From NCBI RefSeq assembly GCF_963921235.1, contig NC_086108.1, positions 58,468,001 to 58,532,000 on the forward strand: DNA of 64,000 nucleotides, in the 5' to 3' direction. The notes under the pieces were generated by a model. That model saw only the letters and a list, made by a program, of their open reading frames with translations. It did not search any database and was not told the origin of the DNA. Position numbers and translations under genes: made by a program. The stretch comes from Mobula hypostoma (Eukaryota). Every line of letters begins with the position of its first letter. Position 1 is the stretch's first letter. Of this stretch, positions 13,024 through 25,400 are shown in pieces.

Positions 13024-14274
13024 CAAATCATTTGGAATTATTATTGTCTAGAAAGCAGCACTAGAATATAAGATAAATACCCCTCATTTGAGGTTCCTAC
13101 AATGTATGGACAGACTAGGAAATGATAGGGTCATGGGGAACAGCAAGACAAGAGTTGGAATGATATTGATATTTGCCTGGATTTTACAGATAAACATCAT
13201 TGTTTACCCATTAACTACAAGACGTTATATCTGGAAATCAGGAGGAAGTTTGTGTTCCCCAAGAAGCTTTGCTATGTGGAATTCTCACCATTGAAACATA
13301 TGTGAAAGTGTGCACTTTTAGTATGTGCATATTAGAAATCACTAAACTGAACAAAAAGAGGTTTTGATTGTCCATTTTTATGTGAACAAATAGTTCACAG
13401 TGCAAAAAAAACTCCAGTACTGAAACAATTAACAGTTTGCTGGAAGAACTCAGCTGGTCAAACAGTGTCTGTGGAAGGAAAGGAAACCGTCGACATTTTG
13501 AGTTGAACCTCTGCATGTGGACAGTGAGTAGAGAGGCAGGGTGGCCAATATAAAGAGGGGAAGGGGTTTTCTTACATCAGATAGTTGCTCCAGACTCCAG
13601 CATCTGCAGTCTCTTCCATCTCCATTGTTTTTCTAGTACTGAAAAATATGAATGAAATCTCATTATTTCTGATCTTAATCATTTTATTTTGAAATTTTTT
13701 GCTTTTATAATTTTTTAACGATTTTGATTTAAGTGCACATTTTAGTTTTCACTAAACAATTATTTTACTTCCTACCTAAGACTTTGTGTGCTACATTGAG
13801 ATTTGTTCAATCTGGAGCCTGCAAATGACCAAACTCTATAATACTGAGCAATGTTAACAGTGAGATGTTCAGTTGTGGGATTCTCAGCTCAGCACAGTTG
13901 TGTTACCCTGTGTAACGCTGTGATGTGTCACTTTCAGCATGTCTTATTGTACTGATCTACTGTAGATCTTCCAAGTATCTGCATTTAACCTTGCAGCTGC
14001 AACCTCAAAAGCCAGCCCTTAAAGTGATTTTGAAGAATACAATCAGCACTGATCGAGTTCATGAACAACACCGCCGATTAGAAAGGAACATGGCAGTGAG
14101 AGGACACATGTTCCAGGGTGATGTGAGGGGCTGAGAGGAACTTAGACTGGATAGTAAGGAGCAACGAGACTGTGCATGGGTCAAGAACACCAGCAGATTG
14201 ATTCTTTCTATCCACCTATCCAGCGCAGAACAGGCTTTTCTGGCACAACTAACCGCAGCCCCCGCAACTCCCCT

Positions 14275-14446
14275 ATTTAACACTAGCCTAATCACAGGCC
14301 AATTTACAATGACCAATTAACCTACAAACCAGTACATCATTGGACTGTGTGAGGAAACCGGAGCACGCAGTCACTGGGAGAATGTACAGACTCCTTACAG
14401 ACAGCACCAGAGTTGAACCACAATCTCCGACATTCCGAGCTGGATT
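14275..14446 (-). mobile_element. HE1/V-SINE-like tRNA-derived SINE, truncated
   Basis: Reverse complement carries the V-domain-like sequence ggtttcctcacacagtccaa...ttaattggtcattgtaaattg, homologous to 34200-34478. Confidence 0.7.
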
Positions 14447-14635
14447 TGTTAGATTTTGTAACTCCAAAATATAGAAACTAATTGAAAGGAAAATAAGGGA
14501 ACCAGGAGATAACTTGTGTACATTCGTTGTTACTTTAAGAAACACGTACGTATGTTGTGGTGGCATGATGAGCGACAATCAATGATTTAAGTAAACGATA
14601 TATTTACAATACTACTCAAATATTACTGAAATATT
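14447..14635 (-). mobile_element. Gypsy-like 3' LTR, distal part (continues at 20051-20073)
   Basis: Begins TGTTAG on + (CTAACA end on -). Joins 20062-20073 across the duplicated ACTGAAATATT. Confidence 0.65.
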
Positions 14636-15486
14636 CCTCCAAGACATGGATCAACACATTGATGTTGTGTGAAGGCTTGCGTGCTTCAAGGACTCCATCA
14701 GGTGGTGTCAAATCAGGCCACGGCTGTGGACACAATGCCAGATGAAGATCGATCCAACCCCAGCTCCCAAATGGACAGACTCATGACTGCTCTTCCCATA
14801 TAACCATATATAACCATATAACAATTACAGCACGGAAGCAGGCCATCTCGGCCGTTTTAGTCCGTGCTGAACTCTTATTCTCACCTAGTCCCACTGACCT
14901 GCACCCAGCCCATAACCCTCCAATCCTTTCCTGTCCAATTTAACTTTAAATGACAACATCGAACCTGCCTCAACCACTTCTGCTGGAAGCTCGTTCCACA
15001 CAACTACCACTCTGAGTAAAGAAGTTCCCCCTCAAGTTACCCCTAAACTTTTGCCCTGTAACTCTCAACTCATGTCCTCTTGTTTGAATCTCCCCAACTC
15101 TCAAAGGAAAAAGCCTATCCATGTCAACTCAATCTATCCCCTTCATAATTTTAAGTACCTCTATCAAGTCCCCCCCTCAACCTTCTACGTTCCAAAGAAT
15201 AAAGACCCAACTTGTTCAACCTTTCTCTGTAACTTAGGTGATGAAACCCAGGTAACATTCTAGTAAATCTTCTGTACTCTCTCCATTTTGTTGACATCTT
15301 TCCTATAATTTTTGTCAAGCAATTTTGACAATATAAGATTTGTCAAACATGACCTTCCACGCACAAATCCATGTTGACTGTTCCTAAACAGACCCTGTCT
15401 ATCCAGATAATTATATATACCATCTCTAAGAATACTTTCCATCATTTTACCCACCACTGACATCAAACTCACAGGCCGATAATTGC

Positions 15487-17175
15487 AAACAACAGGAATT
15501 CTGCAGATGCTGGAAATTCAAGCAACACACATAAAAGTTGCTGGTGAACGCAGCAGGCCAGGCAGCATCTCTAGGAAGAGGTGCAGTCGACGTTTCAGGC
15601 TGAGACCCTTCGTCAGGACTAACTGAAGGAAGAGTGAGTAAGGGATTTGAAAGTTGGAGGGGGAGGGGGAGATCCAAAATGATAGGAGAAGACAGGAGGG
15701 GGAGGGATGGAGCCGAGAGCTGGACAGGTGATAGGCAAAAGGGATACGAGAGGATCATGGGACAGGAGGTCCGGGAAGAAAGACGGGGGGGGGGAACCCA
15801 GAGGATGGGCAAGGGGTATATTCAGAGTGACAGAGGGAGAAAAAGGAGAGTGAGAGAAAGAATGTGTGTATAAAAATAAGTAACAGATGGGGTACGAGGG
15901 GGAGGTGGGTCATTAGCGGAAGCTAGAGAAGTCGATGTTCATGCCATCAGGTTGGAGGCTACCCAGACGGAATATAAGGTGTTGTTCCTCCAACCTGAGT
16001 GTGGCTTCATCTTTACAGTAGAGGAGGCCGTGGATAGTCATGTCAGAATGGGAATGGGATGTGGAATTAAAATGTGTGGCCACTGGGAGATCCTGCTTTC
16101 TCTGGCGGACAGAGCATAGGTGTTCAGCAAAGCGGTCTCCCAGTCTGCATCGGGTCTTGCCAATATATAAAAGGCCACATCGGAAGCACCCTTCGCAGTA
16201 TATCACCTCAGCCGACTCACAGGTGAAGTGTTGCCTCACCTGGAAGGACTGTTTGGGGCCCTGAATGGTGGTAAGGGAGGAAGTGTAAGGGCATGTGTAG
16301 CACTTGTTCCGCTTACACGGATAAGTGCCAGGAGGGAGATCAGTGGGGAGGGATGGAGGGGACGAATGGACAAGGGAGTCGCGTAGGGAGCGATCCCTGC
16401 GGAATGCAGAGGGGGGGAGGGAAAGATGTGCTTAGTGGTGGGATCCCGTTGGAGGTGGCGGAAGTTATGGAGAATAATATGTTGGACCCGGAGTCTGGTG
16501 GGGTGGTAGGTGAGGACCAGGGGAACCCTATTCCTAATGGGGTGGCGGGAGGATGGAGTGAGAGCAGATGTACGTGAAATGGGGGAGATGCATTTAAAAG
16601 CAGAGTTGATAGTGGAGGAAGGGAAGCCGCTTTCTTTAAAAAAGGAAGACATCTCCCTCGTCCTAGAATGAAAAGCCTCATCCTGAGAGCAGATGCGGCG
16701 GAGACGGAGGAATTGCGAGAAGGGGATGGCGTTTTTGCAAGAGACAGGGTGAAAGAGGAATAGTCCAGATAGCTGTGAGAGTCAGTAGGCTTATAGAAGA
16801 CATCAGTGGATAAGCTGTCTCCAGAGACAGAGACAGAAAGATCTAGAAAGGGGAGGGAGGTGTCGGAAATGGACCAGGTAAATTTGAGGGCAGGGTGAAA
16901 GTTGGAGGCAAAGTTAATAAAGTCAACGAGCTCTGCATGCCTGCAGGAAGCAGCGCCAATGCAGTCATCGATGTAGCGAAGGAAAAGTGGGGGACAGATA
17001 CCAGAATAGGCACGGAACATAGATTGTTCCACAAAGCCAACAAAAAGGCAGGCATAGCTAGGACCCATACGGGTGCCCATAGTTACACCTTTAGTTTGGA
17101 GGAAGTGGGAGGAGCCAAAGGAGAAATTATTAAGAGTAAGGACTAATTCCGCTAGATGGAGCAGAGTGGTGGTAG
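15487..17175 (-). mobile_element. Penelope-like element, 5'-truncated (RT end, GIY-YIG endonuclease, terminal repeat)
   Basis: MGTRMGPSYACLF...FLRYIDDCIG; VIYC..C..CGLLYIGKT...HFN...LEEQHLIFRLGSLQPDGMN; 14-bp TSD AGGCCGATAATTGC at 15473-15486 and 17176-17189. Confidence 0.95.
15585..15620 (-). ncRNA. Minimal type I hammerhead ribozyme motif (Penelope-associated)
   Basis: Minus strand reads agtc-CTGACGA-agggtctcagcct-GAAA-cg-TC-gact: complete core with stems I and II. Confidence 0.75.
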
Positions 17176-18714
17176 AGGCCGATAATTGCTAGGTTTACTC
17201 TTAGAACCCTTTTTAAGCAATGGAACAACATGAGCAATACGCCAATCCTCCAGCACCATCCCCATTTCTAATGACATTTGAAATATTTCTGTCAAAGCCC
17301 CTGCTATTTCCAAACTAACTTCCCTCAAGGTCATCGTTTCCATAACCTCCCTACCTGTTTCCCTTATTTTACACAATTCAATATCCTTCTCCTTAGTGAA
17401 TACCGAAGAAAAGAAATTGTTTTGAATCTTCCCCCATCTCTTTTGGCTCCACACATAGCTGTCCACTCTCATTCTTTAAGGGACCAATTTTATCCCTCAC
17501 TATCCTTTTGCTATTAATATAACGGTAGAAACCCTTGGGATTTATTTTCACCTTGCTTGCCAAAGCAACCTCATATCTTCTTTTAGCTTTTCTAATTCCT
17601 TAAGATTCTTTTTACATTCTTTATATTCCTCGAGCACCTCACTTACTCCATGCTGCCTATATTTATTGTAGATATCTCTTTTTTTGAACCAAGTTTCCAA
17701 TATCCCTTGAAAACCATGGCTCTCTCAAACTTTTAACCTTTCCTTTCAACCTAACAGGAACATAATGATTCTGTACCCTCAAAATTTCACCTTTAAATGA
17801 CCTCCATTTCTCTATTACATTCTTCCCATAAAACAAATTGTCCAATCCACTCCATCTGAATCATTTCACATCTCCTCAAAGTTAGCCTTTCTCCAATCAA
17901 AAATCTCAACCCTGGGTCCAGACCAATCCTTCTCCATAATTATATTGAAACTAATAGCATCGTGATTACTGGACCCGAAGTGCTCCCCAACACAAACCTC
18001 CGTCACCTGACCTATCTCATTCCCTAACAGGAGATCCAACACTGCCCCTTCCCTAGTTGGTACCTCTATGTATTGCTGCAAAAGACTATCCTGCACACAT
18101 TTTACAAACTCCAAACCATCCAGCCCTTTTACAGTATGGGCTTCCCAGTCATGTGTGGAAAATTAAAATCTCCCACAATCACAACCTTGTGCTTACTACA
18201 TATATCTGCTACCTCCTTACAAATTTACTCCTCCAATTCTCGCTCCCCATTTGGTGGCCTATAATACACCCCCATAAGTGTTACTACACCTTTCCCATTC
18301 CTCAATTCCACCCAAATAGCCTCCGTAGATGTGCCCTCTAATCTATCCTGCCAGAGCACCGCAGTAATATTTTCTCTGACAAGCAATGCAACACCTCCCC
18401 CTCTTGTCCCTCCGATTCTATCACACCTGAAGCAATTAAATCCAGGAATATTTAGTTGCCAATCACACCCCTCCTGCAACCATGTTTCACTAATAGCTAC
18501 CACATCATACTTCCAGGTATCAACCCATGCTTTAAGCTCATCCACCTTTCTTATAATGCTCCTAGCATTAAAATAAATGCATTTATTAAATTTTCCACCT
18601 CTTACTCTCTGTTTATCACTAACGGTGCAAACAACTTCACTATTTTCTTTTTCTTCCTTCTCCCCTACATCTGTTCCTACACTCTGGTTCCCCTGCCCCC
18701 CCCCCCCACAGTAT

Positions 18715-19656
18715 CTAGTTTAAATCCACTGGAGCCTCTCTAGCAAACCTACCTGCAAGAATATTTGTCCCCCTCCAGTTCAGATGTAAACCATCTCGCC
18801 GGAACAGGTCCCACCTTCCCTGGAAAACTGCCCAATTATCTATAAATCCGAAGCCCTCCCTCCTGCACCACGTCTTCAGCCACTTGTTGATCTGCACTAT
18901 CTTACTATTTCTAAACCCGCCTGCACATGGCACTGGTAGCAATCCTGAGAGTGCTATCCTGGAGGTCCTGTCCTTTAACTTGGTGCCTAACTCCCTAAAC
19001 TCACCTTTCAGAACCTCTTCACTCTTCCTACCCACGTTATTGGTCCCTACATGGACCATGACTTCCGGCTGCTCACCCTCCCTCTTGAGAATACCAAGAA
19101 CTCGATCTGAGATATCAGGGACCTTGGCACCAGGGAGGCAACAGATCATCCGGGATTCTCAATCTCTTCCACAGAACCGCTTATCTGTCCCCCTAACTAT
19201 CGAATCCCCTATCACTACTGCTCTCCTCTTTTCCCTCCTTCCCTTCTGAGTTGAGGGTCCCATCTCGGTGCCAGAGACGCAACCACTGCAACTTGTCCCT
19301 GGTAGGTCATCCCCATCAACAGTATCCAAAACGAGGTACTTATTATTGGTGGGAACAGCCACAGGGGTACTTTGCTCATTTTGTCTATTCCCCTTCCCTC
19401 TCCTGACAGTCACCCAGCTACTTGTCTCCTGACTCTTAGGGGTGACTATCTCCCTGTAACTCCTGTTTATTTCTGCCTCTGCTTCCAGAATGATCCGAAG
19501 TTCATCCAGCTCCAGCTCCAGTTCCCCAACTCGGTTTGTCAGGAGCTGCAGCTGGATGCACCTTTTGCAGGTGTAGTCATCAGGGACAATTGTGCTCGCC
19601 CTGTCTTCCCACATACTGCATACGGAGCACTCAACTGCCTTAACTGCTGCCTCCAT
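18715..19656 (-). pseudogene. CR1 ORF1 (Zn finger / leucine zipper / SGNH esterase), one frameshift
   Basis: CSVC..W...CKRC, LELELDELR, VIGDSIVRG, HVGTN, DGLHLN. Confidence 0.9.
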
Positions 19657-20050
19657 TACCTACTCTTAAGGTAATTAGATTTATTAAAGGAACTTACCTG
19701 GCCTTATCTCACTTGGAATGAAGCTCTTCCTCAGCCTCTGGTCGCTGAAGCCTCAGGAGCCAAAGCCTTCCTACTCTGCCTCCCTCTACTCCTTCGACCG
19801 CTACCACCTTGCCCACTCCATTAATCTTCTCTCTTTTAAACGCTCCCGCTGCCTCACAGTCTGACTTACACGCACTTGCGCAGTCGTGCCCTGTTCAACT
19901 GCTGAAGAAATGATCAACTTCCACAAACTTCTCTCTTTTAAACACTCTTGCTGCCTCACGGTCTGACTAACACGCGCTTGCGCAGTCGTGCCCTGTTCAA
20001 CTTCATCAGAAGTGTGAAGAGAAAAACACCTGCCATACGAAACACCAACA

Positions 20051-20557
20051 ACTGAAATATTAAATACACTACACTCCTCTCTGCTTCACTATATACTCCA
20101 GAATCAATATAGAATGCATCTCAACTTACATGGGCAAGCATATATACTACATAATACAACTATTATACAGACATCCACAGCATAGTAAATTTTAGATTGT
20201 CCCATTCAGGTCTAAAGATTTAATTGCTGCAGAGAATTTCTTACTCTTGTGGGATAACGTCTCTTCTGACAATGGAGGTCAATCTGCCTGGCTGGTGAGA
20301 CTTGTGGCTGTGAAACAATCTCAGGCTCTGGGGCCTCCTCTGAGGCGGCTGCAGGAGTTGACTCTGGGACACCTTTCTTCTGGACATGTTGGCATCCTGA
20401 ACAATGTGTGGTGATGTGGTTCGTAATGTGTGAGCGCCATGTCTGCTGTCACTATTTCCTTTGTCTTTTGGATAGCTACCTGCTTTGTCCATTGCAATTT
20501 CTTCCTGATCTGTAGTAATGAGTTCCCCAGGCCCCTTCTGCTTGTCACTGAGCTCGA
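20051..20557 (-). mobile_element. Gypsy-like LTR retrotransposon remnant (pol pieces, PPT, LTR start)
   Basis: LLQIRKKLQWTKQ..QKTKEIVTADMALTHYEP (RT/RNaseH linker) and pol tail RRYPTRVRN..LNL*. Purine tract AAGCAGAGAGGAG abuts TGTAGTG at 20073 on -. Confidence 0.7.
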
Positions 20558-20579
20558 AGGAAAACAGAATAAACTGCTC

Positions 20580-20707
20580 ACAATCAAGAGAAAATCTGCA
20601 GATGCCGGAAATCCGAGCAACACACACAAAATGATGGTTGAACTCAGGCAGCATTTATGGAAAAGAGTGGTCAGGTCTCTGCCTGAAATATCAACTGTAC
20701 TCTTTTC
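20580..20707. mobile_element. Short Penelope-terminus insertion with inverted pieces
   Basis: Contains tctgcagatgccggaaatcc terminus; 15-bp TSD CAGAATAAACTGCTC at 20565-20579 and 20708-20722. Confidence 0.7.
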
Positions 20708-21229
20708 CAGAATAAACTGCTCTTTGCTTGAGTCTGGACAAAGGTGGTGCTAATGAGCAGCGAACTATAACATTTGGAAGAGATTAGTGCCAGCAACCTG
20801 GAATTAATCGGAAGCTAAGAAGCTGAGTATGACAGTTCCTTTGACGCCATTGGAAAAACAGCCCTAGCACATGCAGTATATGAGACTATGTTTGAAATTG
20901 TAAGAAGGCATAGATCTTAGTGAGAACAGAGTAGTTTAGGTGTCGGCCTTTTAAACAGAGCAGTTTCAGAATAAGCAATGTTGACAGAAGCTGGAGGATT
21001 CGTAGTTAAATAAAAACATTCTAAAATTTAAAATAACGATGTGAAGTCGAGGTAGAAGCAAATGATCGGTCTTGCATGATTGCTGACATTACTTGGCTGA
21101 ATTCTACGCTAGAATAGTGGCGATCATGCAAACACATGTTCCCCCAGATTGTCAGGGATTGAATTTCCCGTCAGAAGCTCAGATGCCCAGAAATGACTGC
21201 AGTACTGTTCTCAGGGTTAAGATGACTTT

Positions 21230-21694
21230 TGATTGCACAATTTCTTGCATTAGGTTGCGTTTCGGAATTTCCAGGCAGGGTTGATTTTCAGTGTGAAATA
21301 ATTCGTACATTCATCCCCCGTATGTTCCTGCATACGGGGTTGGAATCGCAAATAATGTACAAAAACCTATGGAGAGTAGCTGGATAATATAATATTTGAC
21401 CACCTACTGAACACAATATTCAGTCTATTATTGTTTAATTTTATTAAACTGCCTCTATTTTGTTCAGCTGCGAGTTTATTGTATTGTTTTCAGCGAATGG
21501 GACCACACTGAAGGAAGTTGGGTTAGTAAGCAGCATTTTACTGGTTACGGAGGACAAATTTTGTGACGCCAGAAGGTCACGCAGCCGCCCGCCATTCGTA
21601 TATCGTCGTCCTCATTTTCTGTGTTCCGGCGGAAGGCGAATTCTTTTGGTGCTCAGTGTTTCAGTAGGTTATTGAACGGAAAGGAGAACCGATA
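21230..21694 (+). promoter_or_regulatory. Putative CTH promoter / 5' UTR
   Basis: CpG-retaining unique DNA upstream of the ATG. C/EBP-type ATTGCACAAT at 21232-21241, TGACGC half-CRE ~21564, GC box CCGCCC ~21585, ETS-like TTCCGG/CGGAAG ~21624-21635. Motif matches only. Confidence 0.5.
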
Positions 21695-21871
21695 ATGGCT
21701 ACAGGGGATAAAGAAAACGACCTTTTGAGCGGCTTGCAGCCTCCTTTTGAACATTTTTCCACCCAGGCTGTTCATGCGGGGCAGGAACCCGAACAGTGGA
21801 AGTCAATGGCAGTAGTGCCTCCAATTTCCATGTCAACCACGTTTAAGCAGGTTGGCCCTGGGAAATTTGCA
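21695..21871 (+). CDS. CTH: Cystathionine gamma-lyase, coding exon 1
   Basis: MATGDKE...FEHFSTQAVHAGQEPEQWKSMAVVPPISMSTTFKQVGPGKFA; donor GCA|GTGAGT, phase 0. Confidence 0.96.
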
Positions 21872-22487
21872 GTGAGTGGCAAGTTCTGTTTCCGCTGTTA
21901 ATAACGGTAAAGGGAGGGAGAGGAAAGGCCCAATGTGTTGATTTGTCCGATGTGCACGCGGCCTTTGCAATATATCGTCGTCAGAAGTAAAATTAGGATG
22001 CCATTTAAACTTCTCTAAGAATGCTACTAATATTGTCTTGTGCATGGATACAAGGCACCGGTAACTTACCAACCAGAAGAACTGGAAATTTTGCATAAAG
22101 TACCCTTTGTATGTAAAGCCACAATGCTAAATTTAGTCATGTTTTTAGATGTTATCGATATTTCGGAAAGCACAAAGAGAATAATGAATGAGACCGATCA
22201 GTACGCTACGGAGAAATGATTTTGGTTCTGAAAATCATAATGTAAGATTGATTTGCGTGACTGAGAATTAGGAACTCCGCTTTTGGAAGTGTTCTTGCAT
22301 AAAATCGAGATTAATATTCTGAGTTTTATATTAATCTTTTATTCTAGTACTTGTAGCGCTTAGTACACGTTGATTGCAAAGACAAAATGTTATCGGTAAG
22401 AAACGAAGGAAATTCAGCTAGCTGTGTCTATACCTGCTTGTCCACTAAATTAACTCACTAACTGCACCCGGGCCCATTCGTCATTGT

Positions 22488-25400
22488 ATAGAATCATAGA
22501 AAAATACAGCACAGAAGCAGGCCATTCGGCCCATCTAGGCCGTGCCTTCTATTTAAACTGCCTACTCCCCTCGACCTACGCACAGACCATAGTCCTCCAT
22601 ACCCCTACAATCCATGTACCTAACCAAACTTATCTTAAACACTGAAATCAAGCCTGCATGCACCACTTGTGCTAGTAGCTCATTCTACACTCTCCCCACA
22701 CTCCGAGTGAAGAAGTTTCCTTTCATGTTCCCCATAAACTTTTCACCTTTCACTTTTAATCCGTGATCTCTAGCGGAAAAAGCCTGCTTTCATTTCTCTT
22801 ATCTGTACTATTCATAATTTTGTATACCTCTATCAAATCAATAGACAATAGGTGCAGGAGTAGGCCATTTGGCCCTTCGAGTCAGCACCGCCATTCACTG
22901 TGATCATGGCTGATCATCCACAATCAGTATCCAGTTCCTGCCTTATCCCCACAACCTTTGATTCCGCTATCTTTAAGAGCTCTATCCATCTCTTTTTTGA
23001 AAATCTTCCCTCAATTTTCTAAGTTCCAAGGAATAAAGTCCGAACTGTTCAATCTTTCCTTAAACTCGGGTCCTCCAGTCCCGATAACATCCTTGTAAAT
23101 TTTCTCTGCACTCTTTCAACCTTGTTTTCATGTTTCCTGTAGGTAGGTGACCAAAACTGCACACGATGCTCCAAATTAGGCCTCACCAACATCCCATCTC
23201 CTGTATTCAGTACTTTGATTTATGAAGGTCAATGTGCCAAAAGCTTTCTTTACGACCCTATCTACCTGTTCCACCACTTCTAATGAATTATGAATCTGTA
23301 TTCCCAGATCCCTTTGTTGCTATGTCTGTGGTCTATGTCCTTGTTGCTGTTTGCCTCACTTGTATAGACTTTGTGTCTGTTTCCCTGAGTAATACAGATG
23401 CAATAAATCCATTTATGATCTCCACCATCTGTTGTGGCTCCACACTTAGATTACCATTCTGATCTTCCAGAGGACCAGTCTTGTTCCTTGCAATCCTTTT
23501 GCTCTTAATATATAATCATATAACAATTACAGCATGGAAACAAGCCATCTCTGCCCTTCTAGTCCGTGCCGAACTCTCACTCTCACCTAGTCCCACCGAC
23601 CTGCACCCAGCCCATAACCCTCCATTCCTTTCCTGTCCATATAGCTGTCCAATTTAACTTCAAACGACAGCATCGAACCTGCCTCAACCACTTTCGCTGG
23701 AAGCTCGTTCCATACAGCTACCACTCTCTGAGTAAAGAAATTCCCTGTCATGTTACCCCTAAACTTTTGCCCTTTAACTCTCAACTCACGTTCTCTTGTT
23801 TGAATCTCCCCCACTCTCAATGGAAAAAGCCTATCCATGTCAACTCTATCTATCCCCCTCATAATTTTAAATACCTCTATCAAGTCCCCCCTCAACTTTT
23901 TACGTTCCAAAGAATAGAGACCCAACTTGTTCAACCTTTCTCTGTAACTTAGGTGATGAAACCCAGGTAACAGTCTAGTAAATCTTCTCTGTACTCTCTC
24001 TGTTTTGTTGATATCTTTCCTATAATTCGGTGACCAATACTGTACACAATACTCCAAATTTTGCCTCACCAATGCCTTGTACAATTTCAACATTACATTC
24101 CAACTCCTATACTCAATGGTCTGATTTATAAAGGCCAGCATACCAAAAGCTTTCTTCACCACCCTATCCACATGAGATTCCACCTTCAGGGAACTATGCA
24201 CCATTATTCCTAGATCCCTCTGTTCTACTGCATTCTTCAATGCCCTACCATTTACCATGTATGTCCTATTTTGATTAGCCCTACCAAAATGTAGCACCTC
24301 ACATTTTTCAGCATTAAACTCCATCTGCCATCTTTCAGCCCACTCTTCTAACTGGCCTAAATCTCTCTGCAAGCTTTGAAAACCTTCATTATCCACAACT
24401 CCACCTATCTTGGTATCATCTGCTTACTTACTCATCCAATTTACCACCCCTTCATCCAGATCATTAATGTATATGACAAATAACAATGGACCCAGTACAG
24501 ATCCCTGAGGCACACCACTAGTCACTGGCCTCCAATCTGACAAACAGTTATCCTCCACTACTCTCTGGCGTCTCCCATCCAGCCACTGCTGAATCGATTT
24601 TACTACTTCAATATTAATACCTAACGATTGAACCTTCCTAACTAACCTTCCGTGTGGGACCTTGTCAAAGGCCTTACTGAAGTCCATATCGACAACATCC
24701 ACCGCTTTACTCTTACCAACTTTCCTAGTAACCTCTTCAAAAAATTCAGTAAGATTTGTCAAACATGACCTTCCACACACAAATCCATGATGACTGTTCC
24801 TAAACAGACCCTGTCTATCCAGATAATTATATATACCATCGCTAAGAATACTTTCCATCAATTTACCCACCACTGACATCAAACTCACAGGCTGATAATT
24901 GTTAGATTTACTCTTAGAATCCTTTTTAAACAATGGAACAACATGAGCAATACACCAATCCTCCAGCACCATCCCTGTCTCTAATGACATTTGAAATATT
25001 TCTGTCAAAGCCCCTGCTATTTCCACACTAATTTCCCTCAAGGTCCTAGGGAATATCCTGTCAGGACCCGGAGACTTATCCACTTTTATATTTCTTAAAA
25101 GCTCCAGTACTTCCTCTTTAATCATCATAGTTTCCATAACTTCCCTACCTGTTTCCCTTATCTTACACAATTCAATATCCTTCTCCTTAGTGAATACCGA
25201 AGAAAAGAAATTGTTTTGAATCTTCCCCCATCTCTTTTGGCTCCACACATAGCTGTCCACTCTGATTCTCTAAGGGACCAATTTTATCCCTCACTATCCT
25301 TTTGCTATTAATATAATGGTAGAAACCCTTGGGATTTATTTTCACCTTACTTGCCAAAGCAACCTCATATCTTTTAGCTTTTCTAATTTCTTTCTTAAGA

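Larger units (their letters stand above)
14797..20002 (-). mobile_element. CR1 LINE retaining both ends (5' UTR, ORF1, ORF2, tail), with internal deletions and a Penelope insertion
   Basis: (TAACCATA)n tail at ~14800; APE motifs ISETWL, GGGVA, GVYYRPP; ORF1 at 18715-19656. Near-identical to the copies at 23513-26464 and 61322-62051. Confidence 0.95.
14636..20050 (+). mobile_element. Short RTE-type non-autonomous element (14636-~14795 plus 20003-20050), split by a CR1
   Basis: Flanked by an 11-bp direct repeat ACTGAAATATT (14625-14635 and 20051-20061). The 3' end TACGAAACACCAACA resembles the TACGAAACAGGACAACAACAA tail of the SINE at 33858-34061. Confidence 0.55.

Noticed and set aside
19660..19700. 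GTAAGT...TAG mini-intron in the CR1 5' UTR (minus strand)
   Set aside because: About 38 nt, too short for a typical vertebrate spliceosomal intron, with no supporting evidence.
21695..21901. 68-aa ORF as a standalone small protein
   Set aside because: It is CTH exon 1 reading into intron 1; the donor at 21872 and in-phase exon 2 explain it.
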